Shown here piece after piece: positions 12,165-25,923 of a stretch of DNA of 64,000 nt. This DNA is from Squalus acanthias. Lineage: Eukaryota. Where the stretch lies: contig CM059432.1 of the NCBI GenBank assembly GCA_030390025.1, positions 134,542,001 to 134,606,000 of the forward strand, written 5' to 3'. The notes below the pieces were generated by a model. The model was not told the DNA's origin, made no database searches, and was given only the letters and a program-made list of their open reading frames with translations. Every line of letters begins with the position of its first letter. The stretch's first letter is position 1. Position numbers and translations under genes: made by a program.

Positions 12165-13884
12165 AAATCTGGAAAAGCTGCTGGTCCAGATGGTGTTTAC
12201 CCTGAATTCCTAAAAGCACTGCGAACCAAAGCGAAGAGATGGTTGACCTCCTTCTTCTCTGCGGTACTGGCAACTGGTAAAATTCCACCTATTTGGAGGG
12301 AGACTAAAATAATTGCCCTCCTGAAATAGGGGAAGAATGCTTGTGAAGCCTCCAGCTACCGCCCGATCTCCTTACTTTGTACTTGTTATAAAGTGCTGGA
12401 GAGGCTACTACTCCACAGACTAGCCCCCATCATCGAGCTAACCATTCCTAAGGAGCAAGCAGGCTTCCGGTAGACCAAGTGGTAGCTTTAACAACACACA
12501 TCAAAGCAGGCTTCCAGCGCCAGCTCAAGGCCGCCGTAGCACTCGTGGACCGGTCAGCGACGTATGACACAGTATGGAAGCATGGACTGCTTTTCAAGCT
12601 CTCCACCATTTTACCCTGCAGAACAATAATCCATCTTCTTAACTCCATGCTTAGCAACCAACGCTTCCATATGTACTCTGGCACCCAGAAGAGCAGATAT
12701 AGGACATTGAACAATTAACTCCCACAGGGTTCTGTCCTGGCACCCATGTTATTCAACGTTTACACCAGTGACCTGCACAAAACAGAGTCCCGCAAGTTCG
12801 TATACGCTGATGACATTGCCTTGGCCATGCAAAATATGAATCTGTCCATCACCGAGGAGACCCTAACCAGTGATTTACAGAGGATGGAGGCCTACTTCCG
12901 CTGGTGGCGACTTCGGCCAAACCCGCAAAAGACCATCACCTCGACATTCCACCTCAACACTCATCAAGCAAACCAAGCTTTGAAAGTCTCCTTCTGCGGC
13001 ACAGAGGTAAACCATGCCAAAAAAACCCTCCTATTTAGGAGTCACGCTTGATTGCACCCTGTCTTATAGACAACATCTCCAGAACCTTGGGAAGACACTA
13101 AAAAGTAGGGTCAACTTGATCCAGAAACTCACCGGATCCACATGGGGAGCAGAAGCTCAAACCCTCTGTACGGCAGCACATGCCCTGGTGTACTCTACAG
13201 CGGAGCACTGCTCTCCGTCATGGCTATCAAGTCCGCATGTCAAATCCGTTGATGTCCAGCTGAATTCTACTATGAGAATTATCACCGGTACGCTTTTATT
13301 GACACCAACACCTTGGCTGCCCGTGCTTGCAAACATCGCACCACCACACCTACACCGCGAATATGCAGTCTCCAGAGAACACAACCGCTACACCAGCAAA
13401 GACATGCCGATCCAGGCCGACTTGAACAACCTACCACCAACCCGTCTCAAATCTAGAAGGCCATTTTGGACCGTCGCCAAAGCCCTTCAGCAATCTCCTC
13501 TCCACCTTGATGATCGATGGCAAAATTGCTTGGAAGAACTGCAACATACGGAATGGATTCCTTATAGAGGACCCCACAGTACAACCTGAAGGATTAAACC
13601 TTCTTCACAAACAGTGGACAACCATCAACCGCCTCAGAACCGGTCATGGTAGATGCTGCCACCTTCTCCATAGATGGAAGATTAAAGCATCCCCATCATG
13701 CGACTGTGGAGCTCCTGATCAGACCCTGGAGCACATCATTGAGCACTGCCCTCAGAGGAAATTTGCAGGCAGCCTACAAGATATTCATGTTGTTACAATG
13801 GAAGCTTTGGCCTGGATACCTGACTTAGATATTGGCATTTGATTTGCTTTGCTACTACCATATGAAAGAAGAAGAAGAAGAAGA
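12165..13884 (+). mobile_element. Vingi-like (Ingi group) non-LTR retrotransposon, 5'-truncated and frameshifted
   Basis: RT motifs (YRPISLL, YDTVW, PQGSVLAP, YADD); thumb LTGSTWGA…ALVYSTAEHCSPSW…WLPVLANIAPP; C-terminal CDCGAPDQTLEHIIEHCP knuckle; no RNase H; very short 3' UTR and (GAA)n tail. Confidence 0.8.
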
Positions 13885-14700
13885 GATCTGATGTCAGATA
13901 TTGGTAGGCTGGTGCCTGTGGATGGTGAAAATGAAACAAAGGTATTTTTCGATGTCTTTTTACTTTGTCTTTGACTGGCTGGGGGTAAATAATGCAAAGT
14001 AAGAGAAGTAGTGAGAAATCGTTTCCACTGTTCAGTGATGGCAATGAGAGGGCACAAGTTTAAGATTATCACACAAAAACATTAAAGGGAGGTTAGAGAA
14101 AACTTCTTTACACAGAATAAGAATAATTGGCCTGTAAGTTCCTGTTAGAGGGTGGTTAGGATGTGAAATTCTCTGTCATAAACTGTTGTTGAAGCACAGT
14201 CCATAAAATTTTTAAGAGCCCTTTGAAGCAGAGACTTTTAAAAAGGAATTGGACATTTGCTTATAAAGGAATATTAAAGGGAATAGGGAGTGAGCAGAAG
14301 AGTAGGATTAACCTAAGTACTTATGTGGGAAAAATAGACTTGAAGGGTTGAAAAATTGTGGTGAGAAAAGGAAAGCTATTTTTCACATATTCAGATCTGT
14401 TTTTCTCAGGCAGTATGTTGCTACTCCAACCATGGAAGGAAGCATCTCGACTTGATTTGAGTAAGAATATGGAGCTAGTAGGCAACCTAAAGATAGTGGA
14501 ACATTTGGGGAGCGGTGATCATAATATAATTAGGTTCAGTTTAAGAATAGAGCAGGGAAAAGAAAAATTGAGGACATGGGCACTTTGGGGAAAAAAAGAA
14601 GAGAAAAGGAACCTTTCCCAAATTAAATGAAAGGATAACTTGGCAAATGGAAGTGTAGATCAGCAACAGGAAATACTTACACAGGAAATAGAAAGTCTGT
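13885..14700 (+). mobile_element. Old CR1 fragments (3' end, then endonuclease fragment)
   Basis: Degenerate RGHKFK region; EHLGSGDHNIIRF in ORF 14358..14630. Confidence 0.65.
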
Positions 14701-14729
14701 TTCTATGCTCTGCCATTCTATGAGATTCT

Positions 14730-16175
14730 ATGTTTTAATGATCAAATTCATATAAACCACACCCAATACATTTCACTATCTAATCTTTCTGTTATTTCTT
14801 TGAAGAATTCTATAAGGCAGCTCAAGCATGACCTCCCATTTGAAGTTCACACCAGCTGGTACTGATTGACTTACATATTACATCGAATGTACAGCACAGA
14901 GTCAGGCCATTCGGCCCAACTGGTCTATGCCGGTGTTTATGCTCCACACGAGCAGCCTCCCACCCTACTTCATCTCACCCTATCAGCCTATCCTTTTATT
15001 CCTTTCCCCCTCATTACTTATCCAGCTTCCCCTTAAGTGCATCTATGCTATTCGCCTCAACTATCCCATGTGGTAGCGAGTTCCACATTCTAACCACTCT
15101 CCGTGTACAGAAGTTTCTCCTCATGTTTTTTCCAAGTAATTTCATCCCCCATTATAGAATCTAGTAGCTTACCAACAACTGAAAGAAGACTAAACGGCTT
15201 ATTATTGCCTGGCTTATCTCTGTCGCCTTTTTTGGAAGGGATGTCAAATTTGCAGCACTTCAGTCCTTTGGTACAATTTTCCTTTCCAAAGGAAAATTCT
15301 AATCAACACCTCTACAAATTCTTCCCTAGCTTCCTCAGGTTCCTTGGATGTAAACTATTGTGTCCTCCTGGTCATTTGTCTACCTTAAATTTGAGTAACA
15401 CTGTGCGAATTGACTGCTGCGGTTGCCTATGAAACAACGGTGGCTACACTTCAAAAGTAATTAATTGGCTGTAAAGCACTCTGGGCTGTCAGGAAGACAT
15501 GAAAAATGCAAGCTACTTCTTTAGTATAATTTCTCTTTGATTATAACCTCCATTAACTGTTCTGTCCCCAACTCTGGTGGTTCTAAAATCTCAATCGTCA
15601 TCTTGTCTGTAAAAACTGTGACAAAGTATTTATTTTATATTTCTGCCATTCTCTCACTCTTCACTATAAGATTGCCTCCTTCATTGCTTAGCAGCTCTAC
15701 TCCTATCTTGACTATCTTCTTACTACTAATGTGCCTGTAGAAAGCCTTTTTATTGCCCTTTGTGTCTTTTGTTAATTTTATCATACCCCCTCTTAGCCTT
15801 ACCAATCTCAATTTTGTACCTTTTCTATATTCTTTAGTATTGCTTATTTTTCGTTTTAAATTTGATCTAATCTCCCTATTCATCTCTAGAACCCCAGCAC
15901 TTTTTCCTTATTGGAATATACTTGATTTGTATGCTTCTGTTTAAATATTTCCCATTGATGATCTATGGTTCTGTTTGACAATATTTCTTGCTACTAAATG
16001 TAAGCAAGGTTTTTTTTATTTCATTATAATTTGATTTTTTTCCCAGTCTTGTCCTTGACCTTTCTTTTCCCTTTTCTATTCTTAAACGGAATCTAATTAT
16101 ATTGTGATCATTGTTCACCAAATGTTTCACTGCTTTAGACTGCCTATTTGTTCAATCTGATTACAAGTCAAATTG
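14730..16175 (-). mobile_element. Old CR1 ORF2 fragment with nested younger CR1 3' end (14882-15120) and SINE tail (~15415-15520)
   Basis: ORF 15635..15883 KGNKKAFYRHISSKKIVKIGVELL resembles the CR1 tether. Confidence 0.7.
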
Positions 16176-16182
16176 TCCTTTC

Positions 16183-16850
16183 TTCCTATTTCTCATCTAT
16201 ATGCTACCCCTCGGCGACATCATCTGAAAACACAGCATGAGTTTCCACATGTACGTTGACAACACCCAGCTCTACCTCACCACCACCTCTCCCGACCCCT
16301 CCACTGTCTCTAAATTGTCAGACTGCTTGTCCGACATCCAGTACTGGATGAGCAAAAATTTCCTTCAACTAAATATTGGGAAGACCGAAGCCATTGGGCT
16401 GGATTTTCAATGACCCATGGAGTCGGGTTTGGAGGCGTGTGGGGGGTTAAAGTTGCGGGGTCGGGGGTCCCGACCCCATCCCGACTCCATCCCGCCTCCA
16501 CGCAATTTTGACAAAATCAGTCGCGGGGTTCCCGACTCCGTCCCGCTTCCAAGAGGCGGGAGAGGCCATTAAAGCCCTTAACAAACCCTAAATTGGCTCT
16601 GTAATGCCATTTTGAAACGTTTTAGCTAGTTTAACCCTTTTCCGACGTGAAGTACACCTGATGTGAAACACTCCAGTGAAACCTGGCGGGAGCACAAGTG
16701 GATAGCTGACTATCGGCTGCAGGTGGAGTATTACAACGGAGATGTGATGAAGGTAGTAGTAATATTAGGTCTGAAAGTTGATGCTGCTGCATTGAATGTC
16801 TTCAGAGACTGCCTGGCCTTGCTGTGAGAGGACCTGGATGGAAAAAAATT

Positions 16851-16896
<46 letters not shown>

Positions 16897-17970
16897 TTCT
16901 CTCCTGCTCATTTTGCATCCAGATCCACTCACAGCAAAGGCCAGGCAGTCTCTGCAATGATGACATCATCAGAGGCGACTTTCAGACTCAAACCACTAAT
17001 TGGTTCATGGGTTCCCACATGCTAGAACTCAATTGCCCAATTAAGTTAAAATTGCATCATTCATTCACATTAATCTGGAGTCGGGGTGGGGCAACACGAA
17101 ATACGGATCACACGACCCAAACCCGACCCCAGTATCAAAATCCAGCCCATTGTCTTTGGTCCCCACCACAAACTGCATTCCCTAGCCACCGACTCCATCC
17201 CTCTCACTGGAAACTGTCTGAGGCTGAACCAGACTGTTCGAAACATTGGTGTCATATTTGACCCTGAGATGAGCTTCCGACCACATATCCCCGCCATTAG
17301 TAAGACCACCTATTCCCACCTCCGTAACAAAGCCCGACTTCGCCCCAGCCTCAGCTCATCTGCCGCTGAGACCCACATTCATGCCTTTGCTACCTCTGGA
17401 CTTGACTATTCCAACACACTCCTGGCCGGCCTCCCACGTTCTACCCTCCGTAAACTTGGGGTCATCCAAAAGTCTGTTGCCTGTGTCCTAACTTGCACCA
17501 AGTTCCATTCAACGATCACCCCTGTGCTCGCTGACCTACATTGGCTCCTGGTTAAGCAACGCCTTGATTTCAAAATTCTCATCCTTGTTTTCAAATCCCT
17601 CCATGGCCTCACCCCTTCCTATCTCTGTAACCTCCTTCAGCCCCACAACCCCCCGAGATATCTGTGCTCCTCTAATTCTGCCCTCTTGAGTATCCCTGAT
17701 TAAAATCGCTCAACCTTTGGTGGCTGTGCCTTCTGTTGCCTAGGCCCTAAGCTCTGGAATTCCTTGCCTAAACCTGTCCGCCTCGCTACCTCTCTTTCCT
17801 CCTTTAAGAGGCTCCTTAAAACCTACCTCTTTGACCAAGCTTTTGATCACCTGCCCTAATTTATCCTTATGTGGATCGGTGTCAAAATTTTAGTCTTATA
17901 ATACTCCTGTGAAGCGCCTTGGGACATTTTACTACATTAAAGGCGCTATATAAATACAAGTTGTTGTTGC
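16183..17970 (+). mobile_element. L2 LINE 3' portion, interrupted by a MITE
   Basis: ORF 17086..17703 (GLDYSNTLLAGLP…ITPVLADLHWL…DFKILILVFKSLHGL); L2 3' end ggcgctatataaatacaag(ttg)n. Confidence 0.92.
16396..17148. mobile_element. Non-autonomous Harbinger-type MITE
   Basis: TIRs GGGCTGGATTTT/AAAATCCAGCCC; 3-bp TSD ATT; removing it restores the L2 sequence. Confidence 0.9.
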
Positions 17971-17989
17971 TGTTTTGAGTGTCAAACCT

Positions 17990-18380
17990 GCATGTAGTCA
18001 ATTCTCTTAAAGATTTAAAAAAAGTATATAATTGTAATTTTTCTTCTTACTTTTCCTTTCTGTCTCTTTTTTCTCTCTCTCTTAATCCAATCTTTCTTTC
18101 CCTCTCTTTATTTCTCTTTCTATACCTGATTTGACTCTAATTCACCTTCTCTCTGTCGTTCCTCTGTTTCTTTCTCAATCCTTAAATCTCATTGGTTAAG
18201 GCGATAGACTGTCAGTCCCGTCATTCACTAAGGTCTGAGATGCTCCGTTGCCCTCGCCCTCGCCTCGCTGTTATCAGCTCGCACTTCCAGCAATTTACAG
18301 GCCAACTTCGAGCTGAAGGGTGAAGGAAAAAGTCGAACAGTGCACATCCCGAGATGCTCCGCTCCAGCAAAACCTGGACC
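17990..18380. mobile_element. Probable MITE right half
   Basis: Ends GCAAAACCTGGACC|ATT, resembling the other TIRs; no left end found. Confidence 0.4.
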
Positions 18381-18658
18381 ATTGTCTCAAGCTGTCTTAC
18401 TTTCTCCTCCTCTACAGCTGTGGTTAATGTTCCCATGAGGATATTGGTCCATGTTCAGGAATAGGTTGCTCAATCAGTACAATATACTGTGCCCCATAAC
18501 TGATCCCTATGCCCCTGGAATCTGAATTTTTCCTTCCTACCCAGGTGTCTAGCCATGCATTACTCTCTCTAATCTGGCTGTTCCTGTACTGGCTGACACA
18601 GGTAGTAATCTTCCTGACTCCTGGAACTCTTTTTTGCAGGACCTGAATCCTATTCTTG

Positions 18659-19088
18659 GTGTCAGCCTTAGTTTAGTGGGTAGCACGCTCGCCTCCGAGT
18701 CAGAAGGTTGTGGGTTCAAGTCCCACCCCAGGGACTTGAGCACATAATCCAGGCTGACACTTCAGTGCAGTTACTGAGGGAGTGCTGCACTGTCGGAGCT
18801 GCCGTCCTTCGGATGAGACGTTAAACCAAGGCTCCATCTGTCCCATGGCACTATTTGAAGAATAGCAGGGAGTTTTTCCCTGGTGTCCTGGGCCAATATT
18901 TATCCCTCAACCAACATCACTCTCACATTGCTGTTTGTGGGACCTTGCTGTGCGCAAATTGGCTGCCGCGTTTCGTACATTACAACAGTGACGACACTTC
19001 AAAAGTACTTCATTGGCTGTAAAGCGCTTTGGGACGTCCTGAACTTGTGAAAGGTGCTATATAAATGCAAGTTCTTCCTTTCTTTCTT
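18659..19088 (+). mobile_element. Deu-domain SINE (SacSINE1-like), near full length
   Basis: tRNA-like head with B box GGTTCAAGTCC, Deu core, tail. Confidence 0.88.
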
Positions 19089-19164
19089 CCCTACGTTTTT
19101 GGTTCTGACATGAACCATGACTTCCGGCTGATCCCTCTTATTCTCCAAGAGCTTCTGCACCCGC

Positions 19165-20697
19165 TTCAATTAGCAAGAGATGTAAAAACAGATTGTAAAA
19201 GCTTCTACAGGTATGTAAAAAGTTCTGTAAAAGGAAGAGATTAGAGAAAGTAAACGTCGGTCCCTTACAGGCAGAGACAGTCTTCATGGTAGAAGAAAGG
19301 AGGGAGGGAGAAAACAGGGAACTATAGGCCATTTAGCCTGACATCAGTAGTAGGGAAAATGCTAGATTCTTTTATTAGGGACATGGTAACAGGGCCCTTA
19401 AAAAATCATAATCTGATTGGGCAGAGTCAACACAGATTTATGAAAGGGAAATTGTGTTTGACAAATCTGTTAGAGTTTTTTGAGGTTGCAGCTAGCAGGG
19501 TAGATAAGGGGGAACCAGTGGATGTAGTGTATTTGGATTTTCAAAAAACATTTGATAAGGTGCTACACAAGAGGTTATTGCACAAAATTAGGGTTCATGG
19601 GGTTGGGGGTAATATATTAGCATGGATTGAGGATTGGTCAATGGACAGAAAACAGAGAGTAGGGATAAACGGGTCATTTTCGGGTTGGCAGGCTGTAACT
19701 AGCGGGGTACCACAAGGATCAGTGTTTGCGCCTCAGCTATTCACAATCTATATTAATGACTTGGATGAGGGAACTGAGTGCAATGTATCTAAGTTTGCTG
19801 ACAATACAAAGTTAACTGGGAAAGTAAGCTGTGAGGAGGACGCAAAGATTCTGCAAAGGGATATAGACAGGTTAAGTGAGTGGGCAAGAACGTGGCAGAC
19901 GGAATATAATGTGGAGGAATGTGAGGTTATCCACTTTGGTAGGAGAAATAGAAAAGCAGACTATTTTTTAAAGGGTGAGAGACTGGGAAATGTTGGTATT
20001 CAGTGGGTTTTGTACACAAATCACAGAAAGTTAAAATGCAGGTACAGCAAGAAATTAGGAAAGCAAATGGTATGTTAGCCTATATTACAAAGGGATTGGA
20101 GTATAAGAGTAAAGAGATCTTGGTGAGACCACACCTGGAGTGCTATGTATAGTTTTGGTCTTCTTACCTAAGGAAGGAGATACTTGCCTTAGAGGGAGAG
20201 CAACAATGGTTCACCAGACTGATTCCTGGGATGAGGGGATTGTCCTATGAGGAGAGACTGAGTAGACTAGGCCTATATTCCCTAAAGTTTAGAAGAATGA
20301 GAGGTGATCTCATTGAAACATATAACATTCTTAAGGAGCTTGACAGGGTAGATGTAGGGAGGATGTTTCCCCTGGCTGGGGAGTCTAGAACCAGGGGTCA
20401 CAGTCTCAGAATAAGGGGTTGGCCATTTAAGACTGAGATGAGGAGAAATTTCTTCACTCAAAGGGTTGCAAATCTTTGGAATTCTCTACCCAGAGGGCTG
20501 TGGATGCTCAGTCGTTGAGTATATTCAAGACAGAGATCAATAGATTTTTGGATACTAAGGGAATCAAGGGATATGGGGATAGGGTAGGAAAGTGGAAATG
20601 AGGTAGAAGATCAGCCACGATCTTATTGAATGGCAGAGCAGGCTCGAAGGGCTGAATGGCCTACTCCTGCTCCTATTTCTTATGTTCTTATTATGTT
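19165..20697 (+). mobile_element. CR1 LINE, 5'-truncated, internal deletions
   Basis: ORFs 19359..20078 and 20231..20518 carry CR1 RT motifs; (TTCTTATG)n tail. Confidence 0.93.
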
Positions 20698-22139
20698 CCT
20701 AACCTTCCCATTTGGGAGACAACACAGTTGCAGCGGTGACCATCGATTGCTTTCAAAATTGAAGCTTCCACTACCACCGAGTCCCTGCACTAAACTCTCT
20801 TCCCTTGAACAATCGGCACAAGTGGCATTGCTTGTAGCTGCCCTCCTGGAGTTGCAGAGCAAGTAGTCAGTATTGACAATTTATTTGCCTCGGCAATACC
20901 ATAGCATACTCTTGCACTTCCTTCCTACTTCGTTCCATATCGAGGTATTTGCTTTGCACCTGCTCGTTTCCTAGCAGCTCCATTTTCTCTGTCCATTCAA
21001 TACCAGCGTCCTGCAATTCACCCAACGTTTTGCCATTTAGGTTGATATCTAAATGTTGCGAGGTGTGTCACTTAATGCAAGTGAGAGTACTGATGACTTA
21101 GTGTGCAGACTATTCTTGCTTTGCTGAGATCTTAATTCTTCTTGCTCGATGAAAAGAACAGAGAAATAAGCATCTTCTTCAAATACCTTATTCATTTAGT
21201 TATTTAATTGTCGCTCCATGAACCAATCAGCACTTGATGGGACAAGTGTAATGAATCATAGAACTTATGATTAATATGGTATGTCCCATTTGGTCTGCAC
21301 ATCTGTTTGTGCAACTCTCCAAAATCCTCAGGCAGTTTTCTAAAGTCTCCCTCCTGAGTAATTGAACAAGTCTATTCTCATATGGTTAATGGTTTCTCCT
21401 GGAGGCTCCATCAACTATTGCTTTCTTGCACTTCTATAATGTGCTACTTTTGTCTTCAAAATAAAAGCAGCATAGATTGAGGCAGGGTGAACCGGCGGTT
21501 TGAAATTCAGACATTCAGTCAGTCCGATCAAGTATTACATATGCCCATAGGAAGACAGTACTCTGGCACAAGTACATACATTGATTTATCAGTCATTATA
21601 AACAAGCCTTCAAATTTACACACACACATATTTTATATACAGTGTATACACATACATATATATATATATATATACACTCACCTGTGTGCTCATATATGCG
21701 TGTGCCCATCATTGCCATATATTTCCATTGTCGAGATCTTGTAGTAATGTTGTCTTAATGTAGTGTTTTTTCACTGTGTTGCGAAAGTTTTTTCAGGCCT
21801 CTTTCCACATAGGAGAAAAAATTGCAGGGATATGGGGAAACAGCGGGGGAGTGGGACTAACTGGATTGGTCTGGATTGAAGAGCCAGCGCAGACACGATG
21901 GGCCGAATGGCCTCCTTCTGTGCTGTACTATTCTATGATTCTATGGTCATTAATGTACAGGACATTGACTTCTCCGGTATTGCTATGCTCTTTGTTTGCT
22001 TTATATTAAACTCAACTGCCCCATGGCATTAAAAAAAAATCCTTTATTTTTTCCAGTACACCATCTGCTATCACCTCAATGTCCCAGCCATTAAATCTGG
22101 CTTTGCAAATTGGACTCTGAGCCATAATTGGAGCATTGT

Positions 22140-22660
22140 TCTATCTCTTCCATAGTCCATAGCTGACATGAATGCTGACAACAGCCAGCTCCACCTCATT
22201 GCCTCTTTCACTGGCTCAAAGGTAGTTGCCAGACTCTCAAATAGTCTGCATGAGATAAAACTTCCTCCCGCTGAATATTGGCAAAATTGCGACCATCTTC
22301 TTTGGCTCCTCTCAGCACCTCAGAGCCTCTGGCGTCAAGTCTACCAACCTCCCCAGCATTCATCTCAAGGTGAATCAGGAAGTGTGGAACCTTGTGTCCT
22401 CCTCAACCCCAACCTCAGCTTCCACCTTCGCACCATCTTCATTACCAAAACCATAAAATCCACTTTATTCCACCTCTGCCTGCCCCATTTCTATTTCTCA
22501 CTTTCTGATGTCAAAACCCTAATCCACTCCTTCATCACTTCAAGGCTTGATTTCCTCAATGTCCTTCTGTGTGGCCTCCCAACATCAACCCTTCGCAAGC
22601 TTCAACTAATCCAAAACACCAAGGATTACAAATTAAGCCATGTAGTGCCCATTTACTAAG
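22140..22660 (+). mobile_element. Old L2 fragment
   Basis: KTLIHSFITSRLDFLNVLLCGLPTSTLRKLQLIQN. Confidence 0.8.
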
Positions 22661-22989
22661 GCCCCAATATGGTGGACAGGAAGTGTGCAATTATTTCCGG
22701 CTGGAAATCCGCCACTCTTCATATTGGAAAAAATACAAAAAAATCGTCATGCAGTGCCCACGTTTGAAACAGGCGTTAGACCTTTTCTATACCCCAATAA
22801 GGGGCCTAAAATCTGCTTGAGGCCCTCACTGCAAGATTGGTTTGCACTGAGGCAATCGCTGCCAGTTGCACTCGAGAAAAACATGCCTATTACCAGCAAG
22901 TTAAGATTCTGAAATATACTTACCCGAATGTGGAGTCTGGACGAACACTCCTGCTCCTTCTGACCCCACATTTAAAAAAGACGGGACAT

Positions 22990-23125
22990 TGCTCCCCTCC
23001 CCTCCCGGCCTCCGATCTCCCTCCCCTCCCGGCCTCCGATCTCCCTCCTCTCCCGGCCTCCGATCCCCCTCCCCACCCGGTTCCGATCTCCCTCCCCACC
23101 CGGCCTCCGATCTCTCTCCCCTCCT
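22990..23125. repeat. C-rich minisatellite, ~24-bp unit CTCCCCTCCCGGCCTCCGATCTCC, ~5 copies
   Basis: Direct reading. Confidence 0.85.
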
Positions 23126-23129
23126 AGCC

Positions 23130-23295
23130 TCTAATCTACCTCTTGTCCTGGACTCTAGTGGCACTGAGCCCAATTGTCGTATCCCTACCACTGACTAAAA
23201 TGCAATCAACTAACTCAGCACGCACCTGGAGATCAAACCGGAGTCGTCTTGGTCTGTTTGGCTCAGTTGCATTTATTGACCGAGCCATCTGGGCA
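23130..23295 (-). mobile_element. Ancient SINE-like family copy
   Basis: Reverse complement shares gtgctgagttagttgat…caattgg…ctaggagggg with 61150-61240 and 51620-51700. Confidence 0.6.
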
Positions 23296-24439
23296 CCTAA
23301 AATAAATATTGTTTTGCTGAGGTCCTAAGGCACTAATGTCTTTTTGTGAAGTGTATCATGTGTCAAGGACATGGTGCATGAGACCAGCTAAAAGCAGCAT
23401 AAAAATAATTAGCCCCACAAATAATATGCATTAGAAAAATAACAGGAAGCCATAAATCAAGGATTATTAATTAACCTTAGAGTTTGAGTTATGTCTATAA
23501 ACCACTCAAACTCAGCTCTCATGGTTTATAACATTGTGTGGATTTCTTGATTACAGTCTTGCAACACATTCCAAGGAGTAGGGTCACACTTCTACAAACC
23601 TGATGGATTTAATCAATGTTTGGGTCAAAGGTTTACCTTACATTCACGGAAGTCAATTTGTCAAGCTATATCGCAAATGCTTCTTTGAAATTCATTTTGT
23701 TCACTCCAAAGCACGTCATATATACGTCCAAGCTGTCATGAATCAAGCTGCTTTAAAGACTGATATATGTATTATGGCAGAGATAATTATCTAAGATACA
23801 GAACATAGAATCATAGAAACATTCAACACAGAAGGAGACCATTCGGCCCATCGCGCCTGTGCCAGCTCTTTGAAAGAGCTATCCGATTAGTCCAATTCCC
23901 CTGCTCTTTCCCCAGAGCCCTGCAAATAACATACTAGTTACATGCAACCAAAAATTCTCTGAATCACAGTTTCTTCCTCACACATTACATTGATCTGTCT
24001 GAGGACTTTCATCCTTTTAAAAATATAATTGCTCCCTCCATTATTCAATTACTTTTACCTCCTCATTCGTGTACCTTTTGTCCATTGTGCCATGGTATTC
24101 CTAAACACAGAGCTTGTGTGGACCTTGCTCCAGTCCTTTGCCAGTGCTGTTCTTGTCCAGCCACTAGGAGGTGTGCAAGAGTAACCTGGGTTGACTATCA
24201 TCAACTTTCACTTGTTCCTGCTGAGGAAACACTTAGCGCCTCCTTAAAAGCCAAATGGGAATCAAGAACACAGCACATACGACTCAGAAGTTGTGACAGG
24301 ACAGGTATCTCACATAAATCATGACCAGCAGCGTGATATAATTTTCAGGTAACTCGAATGAGCAGCTCCCTCTTGTAACAGTCCCACTGCACTTCTCATA
24401 AGTGGATCTCATGTCCCTTTCAAACTCCAAGCCGCAACC

Positions 24440-24742
24440 CTCTGAGATCACGGCGCTCCTTGGTTCTGGCCTCATGCGCATCCCCGATTTAATCGCTCCA
24501 CCACTGGCGGCCGTGCTTTCAGCTGCCTAGGCCCTAAGCTCTGGAATTCCCTTCCTAAACCTCTCCGCCTCTCCCTCCTCCTTTAAGATGCTCCTTAAAA
24601 CCTACCTCTTTGACCAAGCTTTTGGTCATCAGTCCTAGTATCTACTTATGTGGCTCGGTGTCAAATTGTGTCTGATAACGCTCCTGTGAAGCTACTTGCG
24701 TTAAAGGCGCTATATAAATACACCTTGTTGTTGTTGCTGTTG
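24440..24742 (+). mobile_element. L2 3' end
   Basis: Same family as 17680-17970. Confidence 0.88.
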
Positions 24743-25240
24743 CAGACCTGTGGTTTTCTGCACACACAGGGACCTCGTACCCTGTAAGCCTCAAACAATC
24801 CTAGATTGCTAGTAGCCACCGCACTTTATTTCTCTCCAAGATCGCTGATCTGTACCTTAACTCCATTTACCTGCCATTGCTCCATATTCCTTGATACCCT
24901 TACCTATTCGTATTCACGTAGGAACTGGCACAAGTCCGGATAACCATGACATCAATATATGAAATCAGAAGGATGCACAAGAAACAGGAAAATAAGGAAC
25001 TCACATGGAACTGACTATTCCAGAAACTGTTACATTATACGCAAAAAGGTGAAAAGCATCCAATTATTTATAAAATCGGATTGAAAGACTGGAGTAGAGA
25101 GGGAAAAGAAGAGCACTTCAGCAACAAGAATAATATAGCAGGTACATTAAATATTGAGTTAGACTTTAAAGCCAACATGTAAACATATTTAGATATCTCC
25201 ACTACAATCTGAGGTATATTGCCAAATAAGTACAAATATT

Positions 25241-25923
25241 GGGCCGGATTTTCCGACCCCCACAGGGTCGAAAGCGCATGCGCTAAAACCCGGCACTTCC
25301 GATCTGTCTAGAATCCTCTTGACAGATCATCCACCTGCCCAGGAACAGGGCCTCCGCGGGCAGGGAGTTCCGCTTTCTGCAGAACTTCCGCCCACTGAAA
25401 ACCTTTAAAAATCTTATGCCTGGTAAAAGCAAGCGTAAGGCCTGCTTTTACCAGCATAAGAGTTTAAAAAAAAAAGTTTTCACTCATTTATAATTTTAAA
25501 ATACTTTAAAAAAAGATAAGTTTAGCCCCGTAAAATACTTTAATTATTTTTTTCAAAAAATTAAATTATTTAAAATATTTAATTTAATGCAATTTTAACT
25601 CATTTTAAATACGTATTAAAAAATAATAATTTAATGTTTAACCGTTTTTTAAGTGATCCCCATTCATACGTTTGACAGATCTGTGCGTGTCAAAAGTGTG
25701 AAGGGGAATTCCCTTCTTTGATTGGTTCCCCATGGCCCACGTGATCCCAGGGACGCTTGCGAACCGCATACGCCCCTGGGATACCTGGGCCTCTGCGCAT
25801 TTCGTAGAGCAGAGGCCCAGGATCAGAAGTCTCGGGACCTACGGAGCCAGCAGGTAAGTGCGTAGATTTTTTCTGATCGGAGGCATCCGCACGCAGGAAG
25901 CCTCCAATCGGAAAATCCAGCCC
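25241..25923. mobile_element. Harbinger-type MITE
   Basis: TIRs GGGCCGGATTTTCCGA/TCGGAAAATCCAGCCC; AT-rich core; inverted homolog at 63316-64000. Confidence 0.88.

Noticed and set aside
18659..18730. tRNA gene
   Set aside because: A and B boxes run directly into the Deu-SINE body; it is a SINE head.
20700..21050. Possible coding relic on the minus strand (GKTLGELQDAGIEW…)
   Set aside because: Short, stops in all frames, family not recognised.
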